Shown piece by piece: positions 27,301-38,821 of a stretch of 64,000 nt of DNA (its first letter is position 1; each line of letters opens with the position of its first letter). The notes below the pieces were generated by a model. That model searched no databases, was not told the DNA's origin, and was given only the letters and a program-made list of their open reading frames with translations. Both the position numbers and the translations under genes were made by a program. The DNA is taken from positions 123,070,001-123,134,000 of the forward strand of contig NC_042998.1 of the NCBI RefSeq assembly GCF_006345805.1, in the 5' to 3' direction. The stretch is from Octopus sinensis (Eukaryota).

Positions 27301-28319
27301 CAAGAATTATTCTTTTATCCATTCCTGCCTTCAATCAAAATCATAACGCTAAAAAAATCTGTTGAAGCTGATATTATCCACATTTTCTGTTATATATCAT
27401 TGTTGAAAGTTATTTTAATATGAGTGCGAAATATTTGCAACGAGTGAAGTTCAAGCTTATTTTCAGGATTTGTATGTAAAATGTTAAAGGGAAGTTAATG
27501 TAGGAGATGTGAACAACCGTTCAACATCTTATTACTCAATGAGTTTGCCTAGTATAGTTTCAGTGTCTTTGGGTAAGAGTTTAGGAAATTATTCTGATCC
27601 ATTTCTTAACAGGGACTATGTTATCTAGTTATAAATATGGCGAGTTAGCACAATCAGTAGAGCTTCCAACTAAATATTTTAAAGTAATTATCTTTATCTA
27701 TTTACATTCTTTGTAACAAAGTAGGCTCCCTCAATAGGTCTCTGCTTATTTATTTGCATGTGTTAGTGTGTATGTGTTTACAAAAATGTATGTGGATATA
27801 CGGGTGCATGTAATTTAAATCTGCTATCTGTATTGTTGATAAGGACGCTAAATAGTGTTTATAAGGTTTAGCTGAAATGAAGAATGTAATTGTTTTCTGG
27901 TTTTCCAAATAAAACCTAACATTTACATAAGAAATACGAAATATTACTACTTTATTCGTATTGAAGGGAAAAATTTTATTGCCAAATCTTATGGAGTATT
28001 TCGTTGCTAGATGTATTCGCTACTAAAATGATGACATTTATACGCTTTTGTATTTGTTTTGGTCGTAGCACGTCAGAGAAATCTATATCTTAAATCTATT
28101 AAAAGTGAAAAGATATATTTACATAATAAACTTAATATGAAATGAACAGTGTTGTCTGCAATAAGTTATCAGGAATGATTTAAATCGATTTAAGTTGAAA
28201 GATTATAATATCAAAAGTTCTGGGAGGAACTGTTGAAATAATATTTGCTGAAAATGTCAATGTTAGAACAGCATACTATTACAAAACAGTTGAAAACCTA
28301 ACACAGGAAATACATCACA

Positions 28320-29594
28320 TACGAGGGGGTATCCCAAAGAAACTGGAATTTTGAAATATTGTTTTATTCGCTTAGTTTTACATGTTTTCACTTTTATCGG
28401 TTGCAAAGTATTCTCCATTTCAAGCAATACATCAGTCCAGATGCATTTTCCACTGTTTGAAGTAGTCCTGGAAGTCTTGCGAAGTGATGCCTTTTAACGC
28501 CTCCGTCATTTTTTCTTCACCTTTTCAACATTTGCAAAACGTTTTCCTCTAAGAACTTTTTCCATTCGGGTGAACAAAAAATGTTGCAAGGAGCAAGATC
28601 GGATGAATAGGGAGGGTGGGTGAGCGGGGTCATGCCATTTTTGCGAAACTTATCTCATACTCAAGGTAGTGTGTGCAGGGGCATTGTCCTTATGTAACCA
28701 CCACTCTCTACTCTGCCACAGGTCGTGGCGTTTACATCTTACTGCGTCTCGAAAATGCTTTATAACTGCTTAACAATTTGACCCGGCGGAACAAATTCTG
28801 TGTGGACAATTTCTTTTTCAGAATTTTCTTAACATTGGAATTCGCTTGACGCACTTTTGGGGGGCGTGATGATATTAAATACTTCCATTGACTTGATTGC
28901 TGCTTCGTTTCCCGGTCGTAGCTGTAGCACCACCTTTGATCATCAGTGAGGACATTTGAAAGGGGTCCTGATCAATTTCCAACTGTTCTTTCAGTTCCAG
29001 ACACTCATTCTTTTGATCTTTTGCGACTGCTTTTGATCTTCCGTGAGCTAGTGGGACACAAACTTTGCTGCAACTCTTTTCATTCGTAATACATCGCTCA
29101 AATTCGTTGGCTGAAGCTCCATGACATCAGTCATATCAGCAAGTTAGTCAATTGCTTGGTGATCGTCTTTCAAAGAAAGTTTATGTATTTTCATAATGCT
29201 TTCAATCGTTTGGGAGGTCAACGGTCATCCTGAAGGAAGTTGTTCTTTAAGCGACAAGTGACCATTCCTAAAGCGTGAAAACCCCAAGTAAACTTGTGTT
29301 TTGTTCATGGCAGCGTCATTATAAGCTATTTGAAGCATGGCAACTGTTTGGGCCGCCATTTTTCTTTTCTTAGTAGAAAACAGAATTTCACGGAAGCTCA
29401 CGGTTCCTTCGTTTCAGCTATCGCAGAAATTGACGAATAGTGAAGCACCGCAAAACAAAGATGCACCACGCTGCAATACGACCCCACTAAATGCCGCCGA
29501 TCAGCAAACTGATGACCGAGTGCTGTATCAAGTGGCTTCTAGCGGGCGTGTCTCAAAGAGAACGTTTCCTGTTACATTTGTGTACCTCCTCGTG
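28320..29594 (-). mobile_element. Near full-length (~1.27 kb) decayed mariner transposon
   Basis: TIRs tacgagggggtatcccaaagaaactggaa versus cacgaggaggtacacaaatgtaacaggaa; strong similarity to both ends of 18990-19902; transposase disrupted. Confidence 0.88.
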
Positions 29595-31097
29595 AGTTTC
29601 AGATGGTACGCTTGAAACCATTAAGACGATAGATGGACAAAGTATGAACTCGTGAATAATAATCCATTCAGCAAGGAATTATAACTAATATATGCACAGA
29701 ATGCAAACCATCAACCTAGTCTAAGGATTTATTTTTCTGGAATCATGAAATCTATATCAGACTGGAGTACAATATATATCGGAGACAGGAACGCTCATGC
29801 AAAGCACATTTAGTGTAATAGTATTAATATTGTAAAAATCCAGAAAGCGTGAACGGTAAAGTAATGCACAGTGGACACAGAGAAATAAGGAAATCAGCAG
29901 TAATAGACCCTGTGATTTCTGCATGCTCACTCAATTTTAGCAACTCATTGTGCCTATTGAGATATTAACACCAATACAACTGTAAATTTCAGATTTCTGT
30001 TCAAAATTTAGATATTGGCAATTAAGTATGCGGTGTTCGGACTAAATTTGATAATATTTTATGCCTTCTTCTTTCAGGAACAGCTTGGAGTATTAGTGAC
30101 CAGTCGACTGTACTAGAGAGCATAAAGATTAACGTAGTAATTGGGAAAGGATTAGCCCATATAGGAAAACAGTTACCTGTATCGTGAGTATTCGAGCCGG
30201 GTATAAAAATGCCGACATTATGAATGCTGCTCAATGCAATGTGAAGGCTGCAACATGCTGATCTTGCATGCTGCATCTGGTATGTTTCAACTTTTTTTTC
30301 TGTATATATCCAGCATTAATTTGCATTGAGTAACGGTCCTTTGTGTACCTACATTTACTGTTTGCGCTACGGTTCAAGACAGAAACCCTCTTTTGATTTT
30401 CTCATGTCGAAATGTAGAATTTCTGGCTGTATTCTCTCCTTTCCCTTGTCCATCGGAATGATTAAGTATCATATTCTTTTGATTCCATCTTGCTTCGGCT
30501 TTTCTGCCCTCGATTTCAGAAGACCGCATTTTGAATCCAGTCATCGTCTCACACGCGGTGCTCTTACAGGAAGCTACAGATAGTGTGGTAGAGAGCAAGG
30601 GCGAAAGAGTTTTGCTGCTCAGGAAGAGATCATGGTTTCCAAGCATACCCATATTTTGTCTTCTGTGGAGAAATTTTTTTATTTGTTTCCTTTGTTTGCT
30701 TTATTTTTTGTTTTCATTTCCTTTTAAGCAAGCTTTCAAATTTTGCCAGAGCGCTCTGTATAATTATGAAAACCATGTTATATCGTAACACATATAAAAC
30801 TGGTACGTTGCAAAGTACTTTCAGTTCAATGCCAAAGGTTTGAAACTACATTAGTTTCATTTTTATATAAAAAAAATGCATTTGTAAACGTGTATCAACT
30901 TTGCAAATGTATATCTACACATACGAACATACATACATATATACGTGTGTGTGTATATACATATATATTAATATGCATATACACATACATATATATATAT
31001 ATGACGGACATATGCCTTAGTAAAAAAGGAAAAAAATTCTTTCGTGCAAATCTGACCCTGATACATACGATACAGCTATGGGTCAGACCCGAATCTG

Positions 31098-31468
31098 ATT
31101 GGTCAACAAATTGATGACGTCTAGCTCTGCTAGAATGGACAGGATACAAACAGGGGACAGTCATTAGTCAGAATATTGATGACGTCCTTTTCTGCTTGAC
31201 TAGTCACCTAACAAGTACAGACAGGGGGCAGATCTAATGTAGCTAAAAGTCATGATTGGGCAGAATCTGGATGACGTCCCGTTCTGCTTGACTAACGAAG
31301 CGACTGGTCAAAACAGGAAACAAACAAGAGGCAGTTATAATGCAGCGATTGGTCAAAATAATGATGACGTCCCGTTCTGCTTGACTAAAGCCACCTAACG
31401 AAACGATTGGTCAAAACGTTGATGACGTCACGCTACGCTGGATTGACCACCTAACAGGCATTATAAAA
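31098..31468 (+). promoter_or_regulatory. Array of five inverted-CCAAT + CRE modules followed by a TATA box
   Basis: ATTGG (one ATTAG) at 31098, 31163, 31255, 31348 and 31406, each followed exactly 12 nt later by TGACGTC. TATAAAA at 31462-31468. Confidence 0.6.
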
Positions 31469-31937
31469 CCGAGCACTTCACAAAACCCACTAGAACCACC
31501 AAGCGAACATCCACCATGGGTCATCACAATTGCTTAAGGTAAAAATGAATTCCTCGCTCTTTCGGAAACATCAATCTTCTGTATTGACCGCTTTCCACCA
31601 CTTTGATCTGTTTTTTGTATTGAATACGTATCGCCACCGTGGGCCACTGCATCGAACATTTTGAACATATACTTCAAACTATATATCAACTATACATGAA
31701 CTATATATCAACTATACATGAACTCTAAGATGTCTGACTCAGTTGTGTATTATAAATGAATTTCTTGTGTTTGACGGCATGAGCTGTCTTTTTTTATATA
31801 TAACTTTTTTTGATAAGGTTCATTTCAGGAACTGAAACATGTTATAATGTATATATAAAAATTAAAAATTGTATAATACAGCAGCATTTTCGAACTTCAT
31901 TTTTTACAAATATATATATATATATATATGTATATTC

Positions 31938-32155
31938 TCTTTTACTCTTTTACTTGTTTCAGTCATTTGACTGCGGCCATGCTGGAGCACCACTTTTAGT
32001 CGAGCAACTCGACCCCCGGACTTATTCTTTGTAAGCCCAGTACTTATTCTATCGGTCGCTTTTTGCAGAACCGCTAAGTGACGGGGACATAAACACACCA
32101 GCATCGGTTGTCAAGCAATACTAGGGGGACAAACACAGACACACAAACACACACG

Positions 32156-32201
<46 letters not shown>

Positions 32202-32367
32202 TACGACGGGCTTATTTCAGTTTCCGTCTACCAAATCTACTCACAAGGCTTTGGTCGGCCCGAGGCTATAGTAGAAGACACTTGCACAAGGTGCCAGGCA
32301 GTGGGACTGAACCCGGGACCATGCGGTTGGTAAGCAAGCTACTTACCACACAGCCACTCCTGCGCCT
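31938..32367 (-). mobile_element. Full-length octopus-type tRNA-derived CORE SINE
   Basis: Minus strand aggcgcaggagtggctgtgtggtaagtagc...ggttcagtccc...accttgtgcaagtgtcttctactatagcc... ending aagtaaaagagta. Confidence 0.9.
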
Positions 32368-32369
32368 AT

Positions 32370-32661
32370 TACTCTTTTACTTGTTTCACTCATTTTAATG
32401 TGGCCATGCTGGAGCACCGCTTTTAACCGAGCAAATTCTTTGTAAGTTTAGTACTTATTCTATCCGTCTCTTTTGTCGAACCGCTATGTTACGGGGACAA
32501 CAGCATCGGTTGTCAAGCGATGTTGGGCGCGAACACACAGACACACAACCATATACGCACACGTAAATATATATATGAACATATAGACGACAGGTTTCTT
32601 TCAGTTTCCGTCTACCAAATCCACTCACAATGCTTTGGTCGGCCCGAGGCTATATTACAAG

Positions 32662-32662
<1 letters not shown>
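32370..32662 (-). mobile_element. 5'-truncated copy of the same SINE
   Basis: Same body and 3' end; abuts the head of the 31938-32367 copy. Confidence 0.88.
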
Positions 32663-32698
<36 letters not shown>

Positions 32699-32702
32699 AT
32701 AT

Positions 32703-33560
32703 GTTTCGGATGCTGTGGCTGAAGCCTGCTCCGGTATCTCATCAGTTATTGACACAAACAAAAACGCTATGAAAACAAAAGCCTTTGAATAAAGGGAAAT
32801 TACTCCAATAGGTATGGGATAAGTAATATTCTTGGTAAAACATAGCTATACCACCCAGGGAACTATATTCTAAGAAAATTTTGGGGAAACGAAATTTTAC
32901 TTTCCTCACGCCTATTGGAGTAATTTCATTTTATTTAACGGGTTTTTTTTTAATAGCGTTTTTGTTTTGTCTTAATAACTGATGAGATGCCGGAGCAGAA
33001 TTCAGCACCGGCATTCAAAACTGTCAGTTTTATTATGACAACCAACTAGTTGTCACATATCATATTTATAGATAAATTCCTCTATTTACATAATATCGAG
33101 GTCTCGTTCATTCTTTTGCTGTCATATTCTTATTATTAATAGATTATCTCCCGTATACCGCAGCTTTTTTCTCTAGAAGCCTATACAGCTTGTTTTGAAA
33201 AATTACCTTAAATCGATTGAGGACTCTGGCCTGCAGACGAATTTAATATGGACGCCTACAGTATCGTTTATTCTAGGAAAAAGTTACCGATACCATCCAG
33301 GGAACTATACTCTAAGAAACATTAAGAGAAACGGAGTTTTACTTTTCCCCACGCATATTGGAGTAATTTCCTTTTATTGAACGGTTTTTTCATAGTGTCT
33401 TAATAATTGATGAGATGCCGGAGTAGACTTCAGCCTCGCATCCGAAAATTTGAGTTTTATTATGACAGCCAACTAATTGTCACATATTATATTTATTGAT
33501 AAATTCCTCTATTTACATGATATCGAGGTTTCATTCATTCTTTTGTTGCCATATTATTAT
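32703..33560 (+). repeat. ~430-440-bp HHR-bearing tandem repeat with 5' inverted partial copy
   Basis: Units start at ~32855 and ~33297 (ccagggaactata). 32703-32812 is the reverse complement of ~32911-33020. HHR-like motifs at 32973-33035, 33401-33462 and (minus) 32703-32750. Confidence 0.85.
32973..33035 (+). ncRNA. Type I hammerhead motif with G12A substitution
   Basis: taataa CTGATGA gatgccgg..ccggcattc AAAAC tgtca GTT ttatta. Confidence 0.6.
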
Positions 33561-33574
33561 TATCATTATTATTA

Positions 33575-33642
<68 letters not shown>

Positions 33643-33645
33643 CAT
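33553..33645. repeat. (TAA)n microsatellite at the 3' end of the Dong-type LINE
   Basis: Direct inspection. Confidence 0.95.
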
Positions 33646-33649
33646 TACT

Positions 33650-35022
33650 TTTTTTTTCTTCTTTCAAATTTGCTTCCATTTCTTGCCGAGTGTCTTCCCG
33701 ACTCCTAGGGCAAAGAAACTCATAGTATACATTGGTAGGCCATTAAACCAAACTCAGTAGTTCCTTCATTTTTTTTTTTTTAAAGTTAAATTAAAATACA
33801 TGAGCAGCAACAGTTCTCACATCGACAATGCTCTTCTCAATACGTGTGATGTACCAGTTAAGACAATCTTTTGCACTTCTTGCAGGGATGGTAAGCCAGG
33901 GATCATTCTCATATAATTTTCGGTTCCCTTCTTGATCATTCCTAGTGCTCCTACGATCACTGGTATTGTAACCGCCTTCAGATGCCACATTTTCTCAATT
34001 TCAATGAGTAGGTCTTTATATTTTCTGAGCTTGTCAAACTCTTTCGCTGAGATATTATGATCACAGGGGATGCTCATGTCGATCAATAAGCAAACTTTAT
34101 TGTTTTGGTCTTTCACAACAATATCTGGTTTATTGGCCTTGATGGTTCGGTCTGTATGTACTGGAAAGTCCCACAGAATGGTTACATTTTCTCCTTCAGT
34201 TACAGCCTCAGGGTGGTGATTATACCACTTGTCGGCAGTTTTGATATTGTAATCCCGACTTATTAGCCAGTGTAGATATTGGCCAACTCTGTCATGTCTT
34301 AATTTATACTCCACTGGTGCTAAGACTTTACATACAGAGATTAGGTGGTCCACTGTTTCAATCATGTCGTTGCAGAATCGGCATTTTGGGTCTGCTCCAT
34401 TTTTCATCACATTGGCCTGGTAGTTCCGGCTTAATAGGCTTTGATCTTGAGCAGCCAGGATGAAACCTTCGCTCTCTGCTTTTAGCCCTGAGGTCCGTAG
34501 CCACTGATGGGTTTGCTTCTGGTCAACATCAGCTTGTTTGCTGCGGGTCACATATTTGTCGTGCAGAGGTTTCTCCTCCCACCTATCAGCCAATTGCTCG
34601 TGCGCTTTCTTCATTGCCATCATTTTTACCTTCTTTGCAACAATAGTTGCCGCACTTCCCTCGGGTTGTTCAGTTTGGGTATCCTGCACGAGATCAATAG
34701 CAAATTTTTTGCTTTCCTTTATGATAGAATGAAGCTTCTTTCGTCTCTCGTGATTTTCCACGAGCTTTAGCATCCAGTCATTCGATATTTCGAGATATTT
34801 GGCCAGTCCAATTGTGGTTGTTTTGTAAGCTAGTTCAAATTGGATCAGGCCTCGACCTCCTTGAGCTCTGGGAAGGTAAAGGCGATCTACGTCTGCCTTT
34901 GGGTGGTGCATCCTATTACAACTCAGCAGCTTGCGTATTTTTCTATCTATATTCTTTACTTCACTCATATTCCAGTTCAACACATTGTAGCTATAAGTAA
35001 CAACTGGAACTGCTAAGGAATC
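33650..35022 (-). mobile_element. R4/Dong-clade RLE LINE, 5'-truncated, apparently young
   Basis: Uninterrupted ORF plus ~165-nt 3' UTR, with (TAA)n on both sides. Confidence 0.93.
33817..35022 (-). CDS. Retrotransposon ORF C-terminal part: RT thumb, CCHC knuckle, restriction-like endonuclease
   Basis: RLYLPRAQGGRGL, CRFC..ETVDHLISVC, RHD, KPDIVV..IDMSIP..K. Open in frame from 35022 (DSLAVPVVTYSY) to the stop at 33817. Confidence 0.92.
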   Translation of the reverse strand, partial: DSLAVPVVTYSYNVLNWNMSEVKNIDRKIRKLLSCNRMHHPKADVDRLYLPRAQGGRGLIQFELAYKTTTIGLAKYLEISNDWMLKLVENHERRKKLHSIIKESKKFAIDLVQDTQTEQPEGSAATIVAKKVKMMAMKKAHEQLADRWEEKPLHDKYVTRSKQADVDQKQTHQWLRTSGLKAESEGFILAAQDQSLLSRNYQANVMKNGADPKCRFCNDMIETVDHLISVCKVLAPVEYKLRHDRVGQYLHWLISRDYNIKTADKWYNHHPEAVTEGENVTILWDFPVHTDRTIKANKPDIVVKDQNNKVCLLIDMSIPCDHNISAKEFDKLRKYKDLLIEIEKMWHLKAVTIPVIVGALGMIKKGTENYMRMIPGLPSLQEVQKIVLTGTSHVLRRALSM

Positions 35023-35088
35023 ATAAGCCTACAAAGAAACAGTTCACTGTGCGGTTGCTCGAAATGCTGGAAAAGTAATCAAATCTCG

Positions 35089-35090
<2 letters not shown>

Positions 35091-35154
<64 letters not shown>

Positions 35155-35190
35155 GCTGTTGTTGTTGTTGTTGTTGTTACTATTATCATT
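35091..35190. repeat. (TAA)n/(TTG)n microsatellite
   Basis: Direct inspection. Confidence 0.95.
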
Positions 35191-37226
35191 ATTATATATA
35201 TATATATACATATATATATATTTACATATACAGGCGTATATGTGCATATACATCTGTATATACGTACATACATACATGTACATTCACGCATACACGTACA
35301 CACACTGACACACATATATATACACATATTTATATATGTGTGTGTATGGATATGTGTATATAACTATACACATATATATACTCATACGTACGCACACACA
35401 TAGACAGATTGACAGACATGAGTTAATCAGAACGCTAAGTAAATTAGGAGGCTATGAATATTTTCCTTACGATTCTCATTACAATGCTTACCAAATCATG
35501 AAAAGCCTGTGGATATTCACTTGAGAATAATTAACGATATTCAGAAGTATGCTTATGTTGCAGAGATTCTGCGTGTTTTTTCTATTTAGCATATCCCCTG
35601 TATTTCTGTTTATCTAACAAAATAAGAAGTGGGGGGAATCTAGCAGAGGCAATCTCGAGAAATCATTATACTTATTAATTTAAGCTAGATATGTTATTTA
35701 TAGAGAGACGTTTGTTGTATTTACATAAATTTGTGAGTAATCACTTATATATTACATTTGACAACTAAAACCCATTTAGAAATGAATTTTTTTTGTCACG
35801 GTTATTATTTAACACTAGGTTTTTCTTGACAGAGCTGAACTATGATCAAAAGTGTTCTGTACTAGAACATTCCAACATTTTCTAAGACCACTTTATCCGA
35901 CGTGTTCTTCCCATTCAAAGGGGTATGATGTCTTTGGCTCGTATTTATTAGCCTTGATAGTTCTATGATTGAATGTGTTTCAGACAAAGCAATCCTATTA
36001 TCTACCCAGGACAACTTACGTATCCCTACAAATTAGATGTCCTAAGTAAACCTGCTATATTCAAAACTAATGTCTTAAATATTGCGTGTTGTAAAATGAG
36101 CGAGATTTGATTACGCAGTGAACTGTTTCTTTGTAGGCTTATGATTCTTGGACCTGATCGAGTAGACATGCTAGGTTCCTCCCGTTTAAGGACAACATTA
36201 ATCACTAAGTCATTTCCTTACTGGTTGCGGATTTTTCTAGCATTTTGAGCAACCATGTAGAAGCTGATTCATTTCTGGTTTGTGGTTATTTAATGGCATT
36301 GTCAGGACAACAAAATATCAATATTTGTAATAAAGAGTATGTGTAGTTTTTACGTAACATACGACCCTTACATCACAATCTATCCGCTAACAAAACCTAC
36401 ACACCGATAGAAAATTATGGCGATTATCGCAGCTGAAGCGCCTCTCTTGGGCGAAACAACATCAACAATAATAAACACGTTATCAGACTGATGTGTTACA
36501 TCTACATTAAGGGAAAATATCTCGGTGTTTTATGCTCACAGCGGGAAATAGTATGTTATTCCCATCAATGCTGGCCCTGATCGAGTGATATGTGATCTTA
36601 CTAACCATCAATAATCAACTTATAGAATTAATAAAATTAAATATTGCTCTCTCTCACGCCATGGGCTTTTATTTCAAATCCTTTACAGATGTTTCTTGTG
36701 TGCTAGGTATACATAATGATCTTTCTCGATAAAAGAAAAAATACATAAAATTCCTTGAGGAAAATCTTGTCCGTAATGCCTTGCAACTACTAGCACCCAT
36801 CGGTTTAGTCCTCGTTCCCTTAATGTTATAGGCTCTGTAGCTGTCGTTTGTAAATCAGGGAAATTACAAAAGAAAATTACTGACTAAATTTAGCCAATGC
36901 AATGAATAAGTTATTGTGCAATGGGGGCAATAATTACCTAGAGATACAATGGTAATAACCTTGGTTAAATAATGCAAAAATATTCATAGGATTTGCGAGT
37001 TCACATTAAAGTTTCTAGAGGGTGTTTAGAAAACTGAGCTAATATCAAACGTTATTTCGTATCACCATTAGACAGAAAATATATTCGTAATGCACACATG
37101 CAACACGCACACACACACACAAACATGCGCACAAACACACACATAGATATAGAAATATATATGTTACCCATGTTCTACTTTGAGGACACACACACATACA
37201 AATATAAAAGTCTATTTGGGTGAGTA

Positions 37227-38821
37227 CACTGGCGATAATAAATTTAAGAACGATGATAAAAGTTCTATTTCTTACAAACACCATACAAATTATTTTTTAT
37301 CATTTACACCTTATGCAGAATTTATTTCTCTTTCCTATGATGCAGACAATAACTATTTTTATACAACTTGAAGAATTGTAATGCTAAATTAATATAAACG
37401 TTTCAAATTTACCGGCAAAATTAGTTTAAGACCGTATCATTATAATTTTATTTAAAGCTTAAGATTGTAGCAAAAATGAGCAAAAAGAACGAAATACATT
37501 ATTAGTACTTTGTGCCATAGCCTTCATTCTTAATAACGGCTGAACAACGCCTCGCTAGGTGATTACAAAATTCTATGGGAATGTTTTGTCGTATTTCATT
37601 GATATAATCGAATAATTGTTTTAGATTAGATGGTATTTTAGCATGGACCTTTTTAGAAACATAATTCCACAAGTTCCCGATCGGATTCAGGTCTGGGCTC
37701 TGGGGATGCCGTTCGATTACGTCAATATTATGGTGATCAAAAACTCCGATAACCTTTCTGGCTTTGCGCACAGGACTATTGTCCTGTTGATAAATAGCCC
37801 CTGGAGCCATTTGGTGAGTCAAATATGGCACAACATTGTCGTTTAGTAGATTCATATAATCCACATTATTTAGCTTTCCATCAACTTTAACTAGAGGACC
37901 AACACCAAAGCTACTAAATGTCGCCCACTCCATATCACCCTCCCTCTCTGCTTGCGCCATCTTTTTCACGCATTTAGGATGGAATTCCTCGGTTGGGTGA
38001 CGTCTGACGTATATTTTACCATCTGATCCAAATATACAGAAGCGTGACTCGTCACTCCAAAAGACCCTGCACCAATCTTCGGGACTCCATTGAGCATGGC
38101 TTTTTGCAAAATTAAGGCGTTTGAGTCGATTTCTTTCGGATATTATTGGCTTTTTCCTAGTGATTCGTCCACGTAGTCCAAATTCTCTCAGACGGTTGCA
38201 TACGGTTTGTGGTGTAAAAATATCATTGTCGTTGGACAATTGTTTACAAATGTCAACGGATGTCAGCATTCGGTTGCCTTCCGAAAGTCGGTGGATTCGG
38301 CAGTCCAACTGCGCTGTCGTTTTCTTGGGGCGCCAGTTCTTTGCTGAACTGTATTGACCAGTCTCCAAGTATAACTTCCACGCTTGCACGCAAGCCGTTT
38401 ACTGCACTTTAGTTGCCTGCTGATGTTCGAAAAGGAAACTTTTTGCTGGTGGAGTAATACGAATTTAGCTCTCGTGACTGGACTGAGGCTACGTTGTCTT
38501 CCCATTATTAATCAATAACGTTAAATTATAACACAATATAGTGCAGTTAGGCTAGTTGTGTGACCACCCACTTTGGCAAAAAAGTTGCATACATATTACA
38601 TGATCTTAAACTAATTTTGCCGGTAAATTTGAAACGCTTATATTAATTTAGCATTAGAATTCTTCAAGTTATATAAAATTAGTTACTATCTGCATCATTT
38701 GAAAGAGAAAGAAATTCTGTATAAGGTGTAAAAGATAAAAATAATTTTATGATGTTAGTAACAAAATATTCTGTAAGAAATAGAAATTTTATCATCGGTC
38801 TTAAATTTATTTTCGTTAGTG
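37227..38821 (-). mobile_element. Full-length Tc1 (DD34E) transposon with long IR/DR-type TIRs
   Basis: TIRs ~37227-37431 and ~38604-38821 with TA on both sides; inner and outer direct repeats ending tttaaga(a/c)c. Confidence 0.93.
37502..38505 (-). pseudogene. Tc1 transposase, frameshifted, catalytic E replaced by G
   Basis: ORFs 38263..38505 and 37502..38389 overlap in different frames. Motifs WSDESRF, QQDN and, 34 residues later, SPDLNPIG (E to G). Confidence 0.9.

Noticed and set aside
30326-30788. Overlapping 85-92-aa ORFs in a GC-richer patch
   Set aside because: No recognisable motif in any frame.
31098-31460. Repeat-spacer appearance suggesting a CRISPR array
   Set aside because: Eukaryotic context, divergent repeats, irregular and mutually related spacers, and no cas genes.
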